A stretch of DNA of 64,000 bases from Treponemataceae bacterium (lineage in GTDB: Bacteria > Spirochaetota > Spirochaetia > Treponematales > Rectinemataceae), in assembly GCA_963677895.2 (NCBI GenBank), contig CAXXGJ010000038.1:1-64000 (forward strand). The letters run 5' to 3'. Both the position numbers and the translations under genes were made by a program. Shown piece after piece: positions 19,691-29,083 of the stretch (the stretch's first letter is position 1; every line of letters starts with the position of its first letter). The notes under the pieces were generated by a model, which saw only the letters and a program-made list of their open reading frames with translations, was not told where the DNA came from and did no database searches.

Positions 19691-19789
19691 GATCACAGAT
19701 AGAATAGTACTCATTGCCGCGGCTCAGCGTCAACACGCTTTGGAACAAGGGTATTCAAGCCACGGACGCGAATTCTCAGGCCGCCTCGT

Positions 19790-20887
19790 TTATTCGGCGG
19801 GGATCGCCTCATCGATGATGCCGCCGCCCAAAACAAGACCATCCCCGGAGTAGAGGACGAAGGATTGGCCGGGCGCCACTGCCCGCTGAGCGATCTCGAA
19901 TTCGACGGCGACCCCCTGTTCCGAGCAGGCGACCGAACAGGACACGGGCTTGTGGTTCTGGCGGATTTTCGCCAGCCCGGTCACTTTTCCCCCGGCCATA
20001 CATGGGTCCTGAAACCGGAAATTGCCGCATTTTAGCCCGGATGAGAAGAGCCCGGCATTGGGACCCACGATGACTCTATTTTTGCGGGCATCGAGCGAGA
20101 GAACATAGAGAGGTGTCGGTCCCGTGCTTATGCCGATTCCTCTTCGTTGGCCGATCGTGTAGTAAGGAAGGCCCTTATGTTTTCCTAGAATGTTGCCCGT
20201 GCTGTCGACGATATCGCCAGCGGCGGGTATTTCGCCCTCAAAGAGGGGAGCGTAGTCTCCGCCGGCCACGAAATCCTGGCTTTCCGGTTTTTCAGCTACC
20301 TCTAGACCATGAGAACGGGCAAGTCTTCTCACTTCATCCTTCGTCATCATGCCGAGGGGAAATAGAATTTTTTCCAGCCTTGGGGATTCAAGGCCGTAGA
20401 GGAAGTAGGTCTGGTCTTTGGCGGAATCCACCGCTGTCCGGACGAAGCTGATCCCATCGCGGACTTCTTTTCGCGCGTAATGGCCGGTGGCGAAAAAGTC
20501 GAATTCAAGCCCGGCATCATGAGCCCTATCGATCAGGAAACCGAATTTCAGCTCCCTATTGCAGATGACGCAAGGATTGGGCGTCCGGCCTTGGAGATAT
20601 TCTTTCCTGAAGTACTCGATGACATGCTTTTCATATTCTTCCGATAGGTCGATTACCTTGTACTCGATGCCGAGTTGAGTCGAAAGCCTTTCGCAGGCCG
20701 CGATATCCTCTTCTTCGCCGGGACCGAAGCATGCGTGTTTGAGGCCTTCCTGAATCTTATAGGCGCCCCTCCATATTTTCATGGTGAGGCCGATGACCTT
20801 GTATCCTTCATCTTTAAGGATCGCGGCGGCAAGGGCGGAATCTACTCCACCCGATAGTCCGACCGCTACGATGATCTCGCTGTTCAT
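19790..20887 (-). CDS. mnmA: tRNA 2-thiouridine(34) synthase
   Basis: PP-loop SGGVDS, TPNPCVICN, ATGHY, KDQTYFL, ESQD, APGQ. Start placed at MNSEIIVAVG. Confidence 0.95.
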   Translation of the reverse strand: MNSEIIVAVGLSGGVDSALAAAILKDEGYKVIGLTMKIWRGAYKIQEGLKHACFGPGEEEDIAACERLSTQLGIEYKVIDLSEEYEKHVIEYFRKEYLQGRTPNPCVICNRELKFGFLIDRAHDAGLEFDFFATGHYARKEVRDGISFVRTAVDSAKDQTYFLYGLESPRLEKILFPLGMMTKDEVRRLARSHGLEVAEKPESQDFVAGGDYAPLFEGEIPAAGDIVDSTGNILGKHKGLPYYTIGQRRGIGISTGPTPLYVLSLDARKNRVIVGPNAGLFSSGLKCGNFRFQDPCMAGGKVTGLAKIRQNHKPVSCSVACSEQGVAVEFEIAQRAVAPGQSFVLYSGDGLVLGGGIIDEAIPAE

Positions 20888-21109
20888 ATTGATAATTATC
20901 ATAGCATCGCGGGCATCCACTGTTCTAGCATTACTTTCTCCGTTCCGGCAGCGGCTAAAGAAGCCGTGATCCGCGAGCTAAACAATTGTTTTGGGCTCCT
21001 TTAGCATTGCCAAAAGTGGAATTATAAGATAAAATTTGGCCCATTCGTCATTATAATGTACCGATATCCTGAGCCGTCTGGCTTTTGGTTCGGAAAGGAA
21101 CGTCTCGAA

Positions 21110-22249
21110 ATGCAGGATGTTTTCATCGGTTTTACATCCATAACATGGCAGATGCTTGTTATGTACGGGATCGGCGGTATTCTCATCTGGTTGGCCATCA
21201 ATAAAGAATACGAACCTATGCTCCTTCTCCCGATCGGTTTTGGCGCCATTCTGGTCAATTTGCCTCTCTCCGTCGTATGGGAGCATGCCGGCGCCGATGG
21301 ATTCCTCAAGATTCTCTATAATATGGGCATCGCCACGGAGATCTTCCCGCTCCTCATTTTCATCGCCGTAGGCGCGATGATCGATTTCGGGCCGCTGTTC
21401 AAGAATCCGATGATGATCTTTTTCGGCGCGGCCGCCCAGTTCGGCATCTTCGCGACGATGATCATAGCGACGCTGGTCGGTTTCGATCTCAAGGAAGCGG
21501 CGAGCATAGGCATCATCGGCGCCGCCGACGGTCCCACCTCCATCTTCGTCGCCAACCTCTTCGCCCCTCATCTATTGGCGCCTATCTCGGTAGCTGCGTA
21601 TTCCTACATGTCCCTCGTGCCTCTCATCCAGCCGCCCGTAATCAAGGCGCTGACGACGAGCAGCGAGAGAAAGATACACATGGTCTACCATGAATCCAAT
21701 TCGCCGAAGTGGCTCAAGGTGCTTTTTCCAATTCTCGTTACGATGATTTCCGGTTTTGTGGCCCCGATCTCGGTTCCCCTCATCGGCTCGCTGATGTTCG
21801 GCAACTTGATCCGCGAATCCGGCGTCCTCGAAAGGCTCTCCCAGACCGCCCAGAACGAATTGGCCTACCTGACCACGCTTCTTCTTGGCATCACGATCGG
21901 CGCCTCCATGAGCGCCGCGAACTTCCTCACCTGGAAGACCTTCCTCATCATGGGCATGGGCCTCGTGGCCTTCATATTCGATACGGCTGGCGGCGTGCTC
22001 TTCGCCAAGTTCGTCAATCTTTTCCTTCCCAAGGACAAGAAAATAAATCCGATGATCGGCGCCTGCGGAATCTCGGCATTTCCGATGTCCGGCCGCATTG
22101 TCCAGAAGATGGCGAACGAAGAGGAAAAGGGCAACATCATCCTCATGCACGCCATTGGCTCCAACGTTTCCGGCCAGCTGGGTTCGGTTATTGCGGGCGG
22201 CATGGTCCTGGCCCTCGTGCCTCTCATCTTCATCGCGGTAGGAATATAA
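21110..22249 (+). CDS. oadB: Na+-translocating decarboxylase beta subunit (OadB/GcdB/MmdB family)
   Basis: EPMLLLPIGFG, GAMIDFGP, GAAAQFGIF, IGIIGAADGPT, AAYSYMSLVP.IQPP, NPMIGACGISAFPMSGR. Confidence 0.93.
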   Translation: MQDVFIGFTSITWQMLVMYGIGGILIWLAINKEYEPMLLLPIGFGAILVNLPLSVVWEHAGADGFLKILYNMGIATEIFPLLIFIAVGAMIDFGPLFKNPMMIFFGAAAQFGIFATMIIATLVGFDLKEAASIGIIGAADGPTSIFVANLFAPHLLAPISVAAYSYMSLVPLIQPPVIKALTTSSERKIHMVYHESNSPKWLKVLFPILVTMISGFVAPISVPLIGSLMFGNLIRESGVLERLSQTAQNELAYLTTLLLGITIGASMSAANFLTWKTFLIMGMGLVAFIFDTAGGVLFAKFVNLFLPKDKKINPMIGACGISAFPMSGRIVQKMANEEEKGNIILMHAIGSNVSGQLGSVIAGGMVLALVPLIFIAVGI

Positions 22250-22259
22250 GGAGAACGGT

Positions 22260-22451
22260 ATGGAAAATATAATCGAATATTTTAAGTCGATGGGCGAGCG
22301 CAATGCGGACGGCTCTCTCGTTCACACCCTTGGGACTACCGTTCAGGCTCTGGGCGTCACGGCGGGAGGCCTCATCGGCGTATTCGCGACATTGGGTGTT
22401 TTCTTTCTGATGATCCGGCTCGCGAACTTGATCAGCAAAAAAGCGAAGTGA
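22260..22451 (+). CDS. Small single-TM protein, OadG-related
   Basis: AAGGAG SD; one hydrophobic helix (GLIGVFATLGVFFLMI) with a basic tail; sits directly after oadB. Confidence 0.7.
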   Translation: MENIIEYFKSMGERNADGSLVHTLGTTVQALGVTAGGLIGVFATLGVFFLMIRLANLISKKAK

Positions 22452-22500
22452 CCGCGAGACGGTTTTCATAACCGAGGCTCTTCTGGAGCTTCGGAAATTC

Positions 22501-22534
22501 AATAAAAAAGGCGCCGACAGGCGCCTTTTTTATT
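22501..22534. terminator. Bidirectional Rho-independent terminator
   Basis: AATAAAAAAGGCGCC-GACA-GGCGCCTTTTTTATT between convergent genes. Confidence 0.92.
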
Positions 22535-22576
22535 GTCGGCCGGCCCCAATCCAAAGGATTTCAGCCGGCGCGGAAT

Positions 22577-23791
22577 TCAGGAATTCTTGACCGCGATGGC
22601 CAATTCCTTGCCTTTTTCGTAGAGAAGGGCGAGCATGTCTTCGTCTGGGGCTCCTGCCCATTCCACCGATTCGAGGGATTCCCATTTCAGCGGGGCAATC
22701 TTGTTCTCGTATTCTTTCTTGGCGCCGCCGATCCAGCCGAAGCTGCCGATGCGGAGCACTTTCCTGTCCCAGACGTGCTTGCGCTCGAAAATGTCGAGCA
22801 CATAGGCCATGGGCGGGAACATCTTATACTCGTAGGTCGGCATGGCGATGAGGATTCCTTCGCTTTTATACGCGTCGGCCAGGACCCAGGATACGTCTTC
22901 ATTCGGCACTCTGTGGATGGTGTAGGGCAGGCCTTCGTCCTCGATGCCTTCGATCACGGCCGCGAGACCCTTTTCCGTATTCCCGTACATCGATCCCCAT
23001 ACGATGGCGATTTCCTTTTCGCGCGGGCCTTCGAGATAATCGGCGTAGTGGGCGTAGCGGGCGATGATCTCCCCTGGAGCCTCGCGCCAGACGATGCCGT
23101 GGCTGGGAGCGACTACTTTAATATCGAGGTCGGCGAGCTTGGCGATGGCCTTTTTCACGAAGAGGCCGAAGCTGGCGATGATGTTCGCGTAGTAGCGGAG
23201 GGATTCCGATTCGAAGAAGACATGTTCTTCCGGCGTGAACTCATCGTCGAAGACCCGGTCGCCCAGGGCGCCGAAGGAACCGAAGGCGTCGCAGGAGAAG
23301 AGGACGCCGCCGTCAGCCGCCCAGGTGACCATGGTTTCGGGCCAATGGACGTTGGGCGTTTCGAAGAAATCGAGGGCGACGCCTTCGCCGAGGTCCAGCC
23401 TGTCGCCCGTCTTCACGACGCGCAGGCCCTCGTCCATCTTGTAGAAACTGCGCACCAGGTCTATGCCCTTCTGCGTGGCGATGATCTCCGCCTTGGGATT
23501 TATGGCCCTGAATTCCTCGAGCCATCCGGTGTGATCCGGCTCAAGGTGGTTGAGGATGAGATAGTCGATGTCATCGAGTCCCACGCCGATGGTCGCCAGC
23601 TGTCCGGCCAGTTCCCCGGGGGCGCCTACCCAATCGCGCACAAGGTCGATGAGGGCGATTTTTTCCGATTTCACCAGGTAAGAATTGAGGGAGACTCCGT
23701 AAGGAATAGGCCAGATGCCTTCGAAGAGGTCGTCGGATTTGATGTCGGCATGGAGGGCAAAGATCTTGTCGGTGATCGGGTGGATTTTCAT
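22577..23791 (-). CDS. fprA: Flavodiiron protein (FprA family A-type flavoprotein; O2/NO reductase)
   Basis: NHLEPDH, VHWPE, SCDAFG and PSHG di-iron ligands; flavodoxin domain SMYGNT. Confidence 0.93.
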   Translation of the reverse strand: MKIHPITDKIFALHADIKSDDLFEGIWPIPYGVSLNSYLVKSEKIALIDLVRDWVGAPGELAGQLATIGVGLDDIDYLILNHLEPDHTGWLEEFRAINPKAEIIATQKGIDLVRSFYKMDEGLRVVKTGDRLDLGEGVALDFFETPNVHWPETMVTWAADGGVLFSCDAFGSFGALGDRVFDDEFTPEEHVFFESESLRYYANIIASFGLFVKKAIAKLADLDIKVVAPSHGIVWREAPGEIIARYAHYADYLEGPREKEIAIVWGSMYGNTEKGLAAVIEGIEDEGLPYTIHRVPNEDVSWVLADAYKSEGILIAMPTYEYKMFPPMAYVLDIFERKHVWDRKVLRIGSFGWIGGAKKEYENKIAPLKWESLESVEWAGAPDEDMLALLYEKGKELAIAVKNS

Positions 23792-23905
23792 GTCAGCTTC
23801 CTTGTCTCTTGATCATCGCGGGCTTGGTCCCGCTCTAAGTATCGATTAAAACATTTCTTTGCGCAAAGGGCAACCGCAAATCGCGCGCCGCTCGGAAAGA
23901 GCGGC

Positions 23906-25318
23906 TCAGAAAGAGCCGCTCACCGTGGCTCCAAGGGACAACGTCACAGCGTTTCCTCCCGCGAGGAATGCGTACTCGCCGTCGGCCGGGCCGAAGAAAA
24001 AGGTCGGGCTCAGCGCGATGGAAAGATTGTCGTGAACCGCGTAACTGAAGCTGGGTTTCACAAGCCCCGACCAGTCGGAGAGATTGGCCACGGCGATGAC
24101 CGAAGCCGAGAAATCCTCGGTGAACAATTCACCCTTCGAGAAGCTCAACGCCGCGTAATGTTGGCCGGAACCATAGATGAGGCTCGCGAGACTGGCGCTG
24201 AGCGCGGCCGCGGTGGCCGGATTCGACGTTGAGGCTATAGCCAGTTTCGCTTTTGTGACAAGCGTGTCTTTCGTCGCCGTGGAATAACCTTCGCCGTTGT
24301 AGTAGTACTGCCCGATAGTCGTGATGTTGCTGTTCGAGTTGCTGTAGAGGAAGCCGGTGCTGGCCGAGAAGTAGAAGTTTTCGCGGTTGTCGGCGGTCGA
24401 GCTCGTGGTAATGTCATAATCCGGAGAGGTCTGGATATCGGTAACGAAGGTCTTGCCGCTGCCCCGTGAAACCATAGCCTCGCCGAAAACGTCCAGGTTC
24501 CCGATGGGGCCGGTGAGGGTGAGCATGGCTCTCTCGGCCGTATCGTAGCGATAGTAGGCGCCCAGCCCCAGCTCATAGTTGCCGAGGAGGAACTCGGCCT
24601 TGACCGCCAGCGCCGTCGTTTCGAAAGCGACAGAGTTTTCGTCCAGTATTGTATACATGTAAAAGTTATTCTGGGTCCCGGGAACGGGAATATGCACGCG
24701 GAAATTTACCGGCCCCTCGCGCTGCGCCTCGGCGTCGAGCTGATTGATCTGTTCGAGATTGATAACATCGGCGGGGCTCCAGAAGTAGCCGACGCCCCAT
24801 TTCACCGTGCTCTTCCCGAAACGGAAGAACAGCTTATCGTTCATCGAAAAATCGGCGAAAAGTTCGAAGATGGAAATGTTGGGAACTTCGATGGCGTCGG
24901 TGGTCGCCGTGGAGAAGGGCCAGCTCGTTTTGGCCGATCCATAGACGCGGAAATCTTCCTTGGGTCGGGCGTCGAAGAAAAGCGTGGACTTGAGGCTGGA
25001 TGATAGAGCCTTCCTGTCGGGATCGAAAAGATCGGAACTCCCGTCCCAAAGGCTCGTCCATGTAGCGGTTGGCGTGAGTGAGCCGGAGAAGCTCCCTCCA
25101 ATCCGAACCTTGTCGGATTTGAGCGCCGCCGTTACCGGGTCGCCCGTCGCGGCGGGAGCGTCAGACACGTTCTCCACGACTTCCTCGCCGAAGAGAGTAT
25201 CGAGATCCATATCGATTTCCGAGCCTTCGACGACTTCCTGCGCCCCCAACAGCGCGACGCCCGCGAAGAGCAGGGCTATGATAATGAATGATTTCGCGTG
25301 TTTAAATGTCTTTTTCAT
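23906..25318 (-). CDS. Hypothetical outer-membrane beta-barrel-like protein
   Basis: Signal peptide, acidic N-terminal linker, RFGK..VKWGVGYFWSPAD..N motif, amphipathic strands, C-terminal Phe. Confidence 0.65.
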   Translation of the reverse strand: MKKTFKHAKSFIIIALLFAGVALLGAQEVVEGSEIDMDLDTLFGEEVVENVSDAPAATGDPVTAALKSDKVRIGGSFSGSLTPTATWTSLWDGSSDLFDPDRKALSSSLKSTLFFDARPKEDFRVYGSAKTSWPFSTATTDAIEVPNISIFELFADFSMNDKLFFRFGKSTVKWGVGYFWSPADVINLEQINQLDAEAQREGPVNFRVHIPVPGTQNNFYMYTILDENSVAFETTALAVKAEFLLGNYELGLGAYYRYDTAERAMLTLTGPIGNLDVFGEAMVSRGSGKTFVTDIQTSPDYDITTSSTADNRENFYFSASTGFLYSNSNSNITTIGQYYYNGEGYSTATKDTLVTKAKLAIASTSNPATAAALSASLASLIYGSGQHYAALSFSKGELFTEDFSASVIAVANLSDWSGLVKPSFSYAVHDNLSIALSPTFFFGPADGEYAFLAGGNAVTLSLGATVSGSF

Positions 25319-25364
25319 GCTTCAAACTCCTGTGGCCGTCGGCGCGATGCCCACGGCCGGGCAC

Positions 25365-26165
25365 CTAGCGGTTGACCTGTTCGAGAAAAGCCTTCGTGAA
25401 AACCTTGTCAGGCAGCTTTTCCACTGACTGTTCGGCCATGGTAATCTGGCTTTTTTCGCCCTTGTTGATCTCGTCCACGATGAGAATCTGCGAGGGAAGG
25501 AGCTTTCCGTCGAGCGCGACATATTTCGGATAGAGTGTCGTCCTCATGAGACGGCCGTTCACCGAATAGTCTTCCTGTTTGAGCGTCATGGTCTTGTCCT
25601 TGCGTATGTACAGGATAATGCGTTCGTAGGCCACCTCGTTCGTCCTGGCCTTGAGGTCCAATACCCAGACGGGATACTTGCCCACCGTGCCATCGGAAAT
25701 TTTCTGGATGGAGTAGTCGTCGATCATGGATGAGGCGGTGAAGTCCGAATTCTTGGCTTCGCTGTTCTGGAGATTTTCTTTCACCGAGGAATGGGAAAAC
25801 TTGCGGCTGGTGGGATCGTAGAACCAGACATTGTCATCCTCTCGGAGGTATCCCTGACCTTTGTTGACGTCCGGAAGCATTATGAGGATGGTGAACTGTT
25901 TTTTGCTGTCTCGCCTGAACACCCTCACCTGCGTGACGCTCTGTTTTTCCCCGGGCTTTTCCGAAACGATGGTGAAGAGGGAAGTGTAGTCCTTGCCAGG
26001 AAAGTTGCTCAGCTCATCCAGCTCCTTGAGTATTTTCTCGGCTCCTTCCTGGGAGAGTTCCTGAGCGAAAGCGGATAATGGAAGGACAAGGGCGAAAACG
26101 GCGAGAAAAAGCATCGCGAGAAGGCCTCTGGTTCTTAAGCCAGAACCTCGAACTATCGTATTCAT
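25365..26165 (-). CDS. Outer membrane lipoprotein-sorting (LolA-like) protein
   Basis: Signal peptide; P...KGQGYL...DNVWFYDP..RK, terminal LPDKVFTKAFLE. Confidence 0.8.
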   Translation of the reverse strand: MNTIVRGSGLRTRGLLAMLFLAVFALVLPLSAFAQELSQEGAEKILKELDELSNFPGKDYTSLFTIVSEKPGEKQSVTQVRVFRRDSKKQFTILIMLPDVNKGQGYLREDDNVWFYDPTSRKFSHSSVKENLQNSEAKNSDFTASSMIDDYSIQKISDGTVGKYPVWVLDLKARTNEVAYERIILYIRKDKTMTLKQEDYSVNGRLMRTTLYPKYVALDGKLLPSQILIVDEINKGEKSQITMAEQSVEKLPDKVFTKAFLEQVNR

Positions 26166-26233
26166 AGTAGACTCCAGTTTTTCAGCGGGAATCGGCGAGG
26201 CGCAGAGCCTGCCGCGGGTCGATTTTTCGTTGG

Positions 26234-27559
26234 TCATTTCGTCGTCCTGAGGGCAATGGCCGGCTCCATCTTGGCGGCGGCCTTGGCCGGAAAGTACGCG
26301 GCGAAAAGCGTGAGAAGCGTGATGATGATGATGTTGCCGCCGGCACGCAGGGGCGGCAGGAAGAATGACAGGTGGCCGTTGCGCATTATGAGAAAGGCCG
26401 GCGAATCCATGCCGAAGTTGATGAGGGAAAGGAGACTCATCGCTATAAGCGCGAGGACTATGCCGACTATGGCGCCCCCCAAGGCTAGGAAGAAGGCTTC
26501 ATAGAGGAAAAGCGACCTGATCTCTCCCCGCTGGACGCCTATAGCCCTCATCGTGCCGATTTCGCGAATGCGTTCGTACATCACCATCCTGAAGGTATTC
26601 GTGATGCCGATCATGACGATGGCGAAGAGAACGAGGAGGATGACGAAGCTGGAACTGTCCAGGGCCACAACAATCTGCTGGGCCTGGGAGAGCATGTCGT
26701 CGATGGTGTAGACGCGGTATTTAACGCCCTCCCAGGTTTCCTTGTTCTGTTTTTGCATCATCGCCATGAAGGGGGTGGTCGTGCCGCTCTCTTCCTTCGT
26801 CTTCTGCGGGAAAAGCTGCAATCCCATGCCGCTCATCGACGTGTAGAGCTTTGCGGAGACCTCTTTCGAGTCCTTGATGTCTCCCAGCATGAGGCCCAGC
26901 GACATGTATTCGCCCGCTTTAAGTCCCAGGTTTTCGCTCAGGTACGAGAGGTTGGCATAGGCCATGGTGGAGCCAATGATGCTCGAATCGACGCTGATGG
27001 CCGCGATGGTGAAATCGGCGATGTTGTTTTGGCCGGTGATAGTCTGGAACTGCGCGGTGACCTTGTCGCCCGGCAAAGTCTTAAGCTTTTTGGCGATTTT
27101 TTCGGAAATAATGAGCGCGTCATCGGCCTGAGCGGCTTCCCACGAGCCCTGCTTGAGGACGAGCCTTTCCCTGAGGAAAGGCGAATTGGCTATGTCGAGG
27201 CCGGTGAGGTTCTGTGTGATGCTCTTGCCCTCGAATATGAGGGAAGCCCTGGCTTCGCTGGACTTGGTCGCGAACTCGTAGGTTACGCCCGCGTCCTGGA
27301 GCGCCTTGAGGATGATCGAGTCGTCGCGTATCACGAGGATTTGTTTGCCCGAGGCGGTCTTCTCGGATCCTTGCACGAAAACATGGCCGGCCATGAGATA
27401 GGCGAAGTTTTCCGATACGTTCTGTATGAAGGCGCCGGCGAATCCGTTTATGAGCGTGACGATCATGATCCCGAAAGCTATGGCGCCCCCGAGAAGGAAT
27501 GTTCTTTTCTTCTGTCGCGAAAGATTGCGCAGGGCAATCCGCGGTAAAACCTTATTCAT
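26234..27559 (-). CDS. ABC transporter permease, FtsX/LolE-like
   Basis: IALRNL.R.KKRT, large periplasmic domain, ERIREIGTMRAIG, PAKAAAKMEP. Confidence 0.92.
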   Translation of the reverse strand: MNKVLPRIALRNLSRQKKRTFLLGGAIAFGIMIVTLINGFAGAFIQNVSENFAYLMAGHVFVQGSEKTASGKQILVIRDDSIILKALQDAGVTYEFATKSSEARASLIFEGKSITQNLTGLDIANSPFLRERLVLKQGSWEAAQADDALIISEKIAKKLKTLPGDKVTAQFQTITGQNNIADFTIAAISVDSSIIGSTMAYANLSYLSENLGLKAGEYMSLGLMLGDIKDSKEVSAKLYTSMSGMGLQLFPQKTKEESGTTTPFMAMMQKQNKETWEGVKYRVYTIDDMLSQAQQIVVALDSSSFVILLVLFAIVMIGITNTFRMVMYERIREIGTMRAIGVQRGEIRSLFLYEAFFLALGGAIVGIVLALIAMSLLSLINFGMDSPAFLIMRNGHLSFFLPPLRAGGNIIIITLLTLFAAYFPAKAAAKMEPAIALRTTK

Positions 27560-27572
27560 CTGATTGTATCTC

Positions 27573-29078
27573 CTAATCTTGCTGCATCGCCCGTACGGGT
27601 TGAATCTTGAGCGCAACCGAGACGGGATAGAGATGGGCGATGTAGCCGACGGCTACCATGGCCACGATGGCCGCGAAAAAGCTGATCGGCGTCACCGTCG
27701 GAGCGAGGTACTTTCCGCCGAAGAGTACTTCGAGGAAGGAATTGCCCGCTTCCAGCTTCAGCGCGCCGAGGATCGCCGTGATCCCGAGGCCGAGAAGAGC
27801 GCCTATCGTGGAAAAAATGAGCGACAGGACAATGGCTTCGGCGGCGAAAAGCTTGCGGATGAATCCTTTTCCCGCGCCGATCGCGCGCATCGTCCCGATT
27901 TCGCCCGTCCGTTCTATGACGGAGATGACGAAGGTGTTCATTATGATGATGATCGCCACGATGGACAGGATCGCGATCGCGACCGTGAACACGATGCGGA
28001 TGACATCGACCGATTGTCCGTAGGGACCGGCCGCTTTCTGCCAGTCTCCCGCCGAAGCCTTGATGTCGTTTTTCGCGAACGTCTCGTTGAGGTAGGCTAC
28101 GAGGGGTTTTGCGCCGGCTGGATCCTTGGTCTTGATGACGATGAACTGCCATGCTCCCGTATCGGCGGTGTTCGCCTTTTCTCGCGCCTCGGTATCGGCC
28201 AGCTGGGACTGTATGAGGCTTTCATCGAAACCGCCTTCGGTCGGCGTCGCCTCGAAAAGGTTGTCGGCGAAGAGGGAATCCGTGTCGTCTATGCTCAGCA
28301 TGGCTGTCTGGGATTCGTCCAGCACGATGTTCTCGTTCGTTCCGATCGTCATGCCGGCCATTATGCGCAGCGTATCGATGTCGACGAAGGCCATCTGCAT
28401 AGGGTTGCCGCCCCCCCCTTTCTGTTTATAGGTGGCGACGATGGGAAGTTCGCGGATCTTCATTCCCGCCGAGGAAAAGCCTTGGACGACAAGGTTGTCG
28501 CCGATATTCAAGGGACGTTTCATCCATTTGGACAGAAGGCTCAGCTGTTCCTCGTTGATAACGAGGCCTGTCTGCCCTGGTTCAAGCGCCTTGCCCGAAG
28601 TTATGTCTATCGAATCGAACACCGTCCAATAATCGCGCGCGTCGATGCCGAACAGGAAGAGAAGCCGGGCGGTCATGTCTTTTTCTGAATCCTCGCCTTC
28701 CAGATCGGAAATCCCTTCGTCGCCGCGCGTGACGATGCCGTAGCTCGTCGCCATACCCGTGGCCTTGCTCACAAGTGGGGAACCCCTAACCTCGGCGAGG
28801 ACTTTGTCGAAATCCGGGATCACGGGGGTGGAAGCGAGTCCTCCCACGGACATCACGCCGAAGAGGGAGACGTCTCCTTCCTCGGAAACGCCGGAAACGA
28901 ATACATCGCCGGTGTAGTTGTCGGTAAAGCTCGTCCTGATGCCCTGACGCGACGCGTCTATGAAGGAGTTGCCCACCACGAGGACGAGAGCGCCCAAGGC
29001 GAGCAGAATGCCGATGATGAGGCTTTTCGATTTGTGTTCGAACAGGTTGCGGAAAGCTATCCTGAAGGTGACTGGCAT
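27573..29078 (-). CDS. ABC transporter permease, FtsX/LolC-like
   Basis: IAFRNL, ERTGEIGTMRAIG, YP...ALKIQPVRAM. GAGGAG SD precedes ATG 29078. Confidence 0.92.
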   Translation of the reverse strand: MPVTFRIAFRNLFEHKSKSLIIGILLALGALVLVVGNSFIDASRQGIRTSFTDNYTGDVFVSGVSEEGDVSLFGVMSVGGLASTPVIPDFDKVLAEVRGSPLVSKATGMATSYGIVTRGDEGISDLEGEDSEKDMTARLLFLFGIDARDYWTVFDSIDITSGKALEPGQTGLVINEEQLSLLSKWMKRPLNIGDNLVVQGFSSAGMKIRELPIVATYKQKGGGGNPMQMAFVDIDTLRIMAGMTIGTNENIVLDESQTAMLSIDDTDSLFADNLFEATPTEGGFDESLIQSQLADTEAREKANTADTGAWQFIVIKTKDPAGAKPLVAYLNETFAKNDIKASAGDWQKAAGPYGQSVDVIRIVFTVAIAILSIVAIIIIMNTFVISVIERTGEIGTMRAIGAGKGFIRKLFAAEAIVLSLIFSTIGALLGLGITAILGALKLEAGNSFLEVLFGGKYLAPTVTPISFFAAIVAMVAVGYIAHLYPVSVALKIQPVRAMQQD

Positions 29079-29083
29079 CGCGA

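Noticed and set aside
19241..19853. ORFs overlapping the tmRNA locus
   Set aside because: The region is explained by ssrA and its short tag frame.
20925..21027. CIRCE-like TTAGCA half-sites near mnmA/oadB
   Set aside because: There is no matching GAGTGCTAA right arm at 9-nt spacing.
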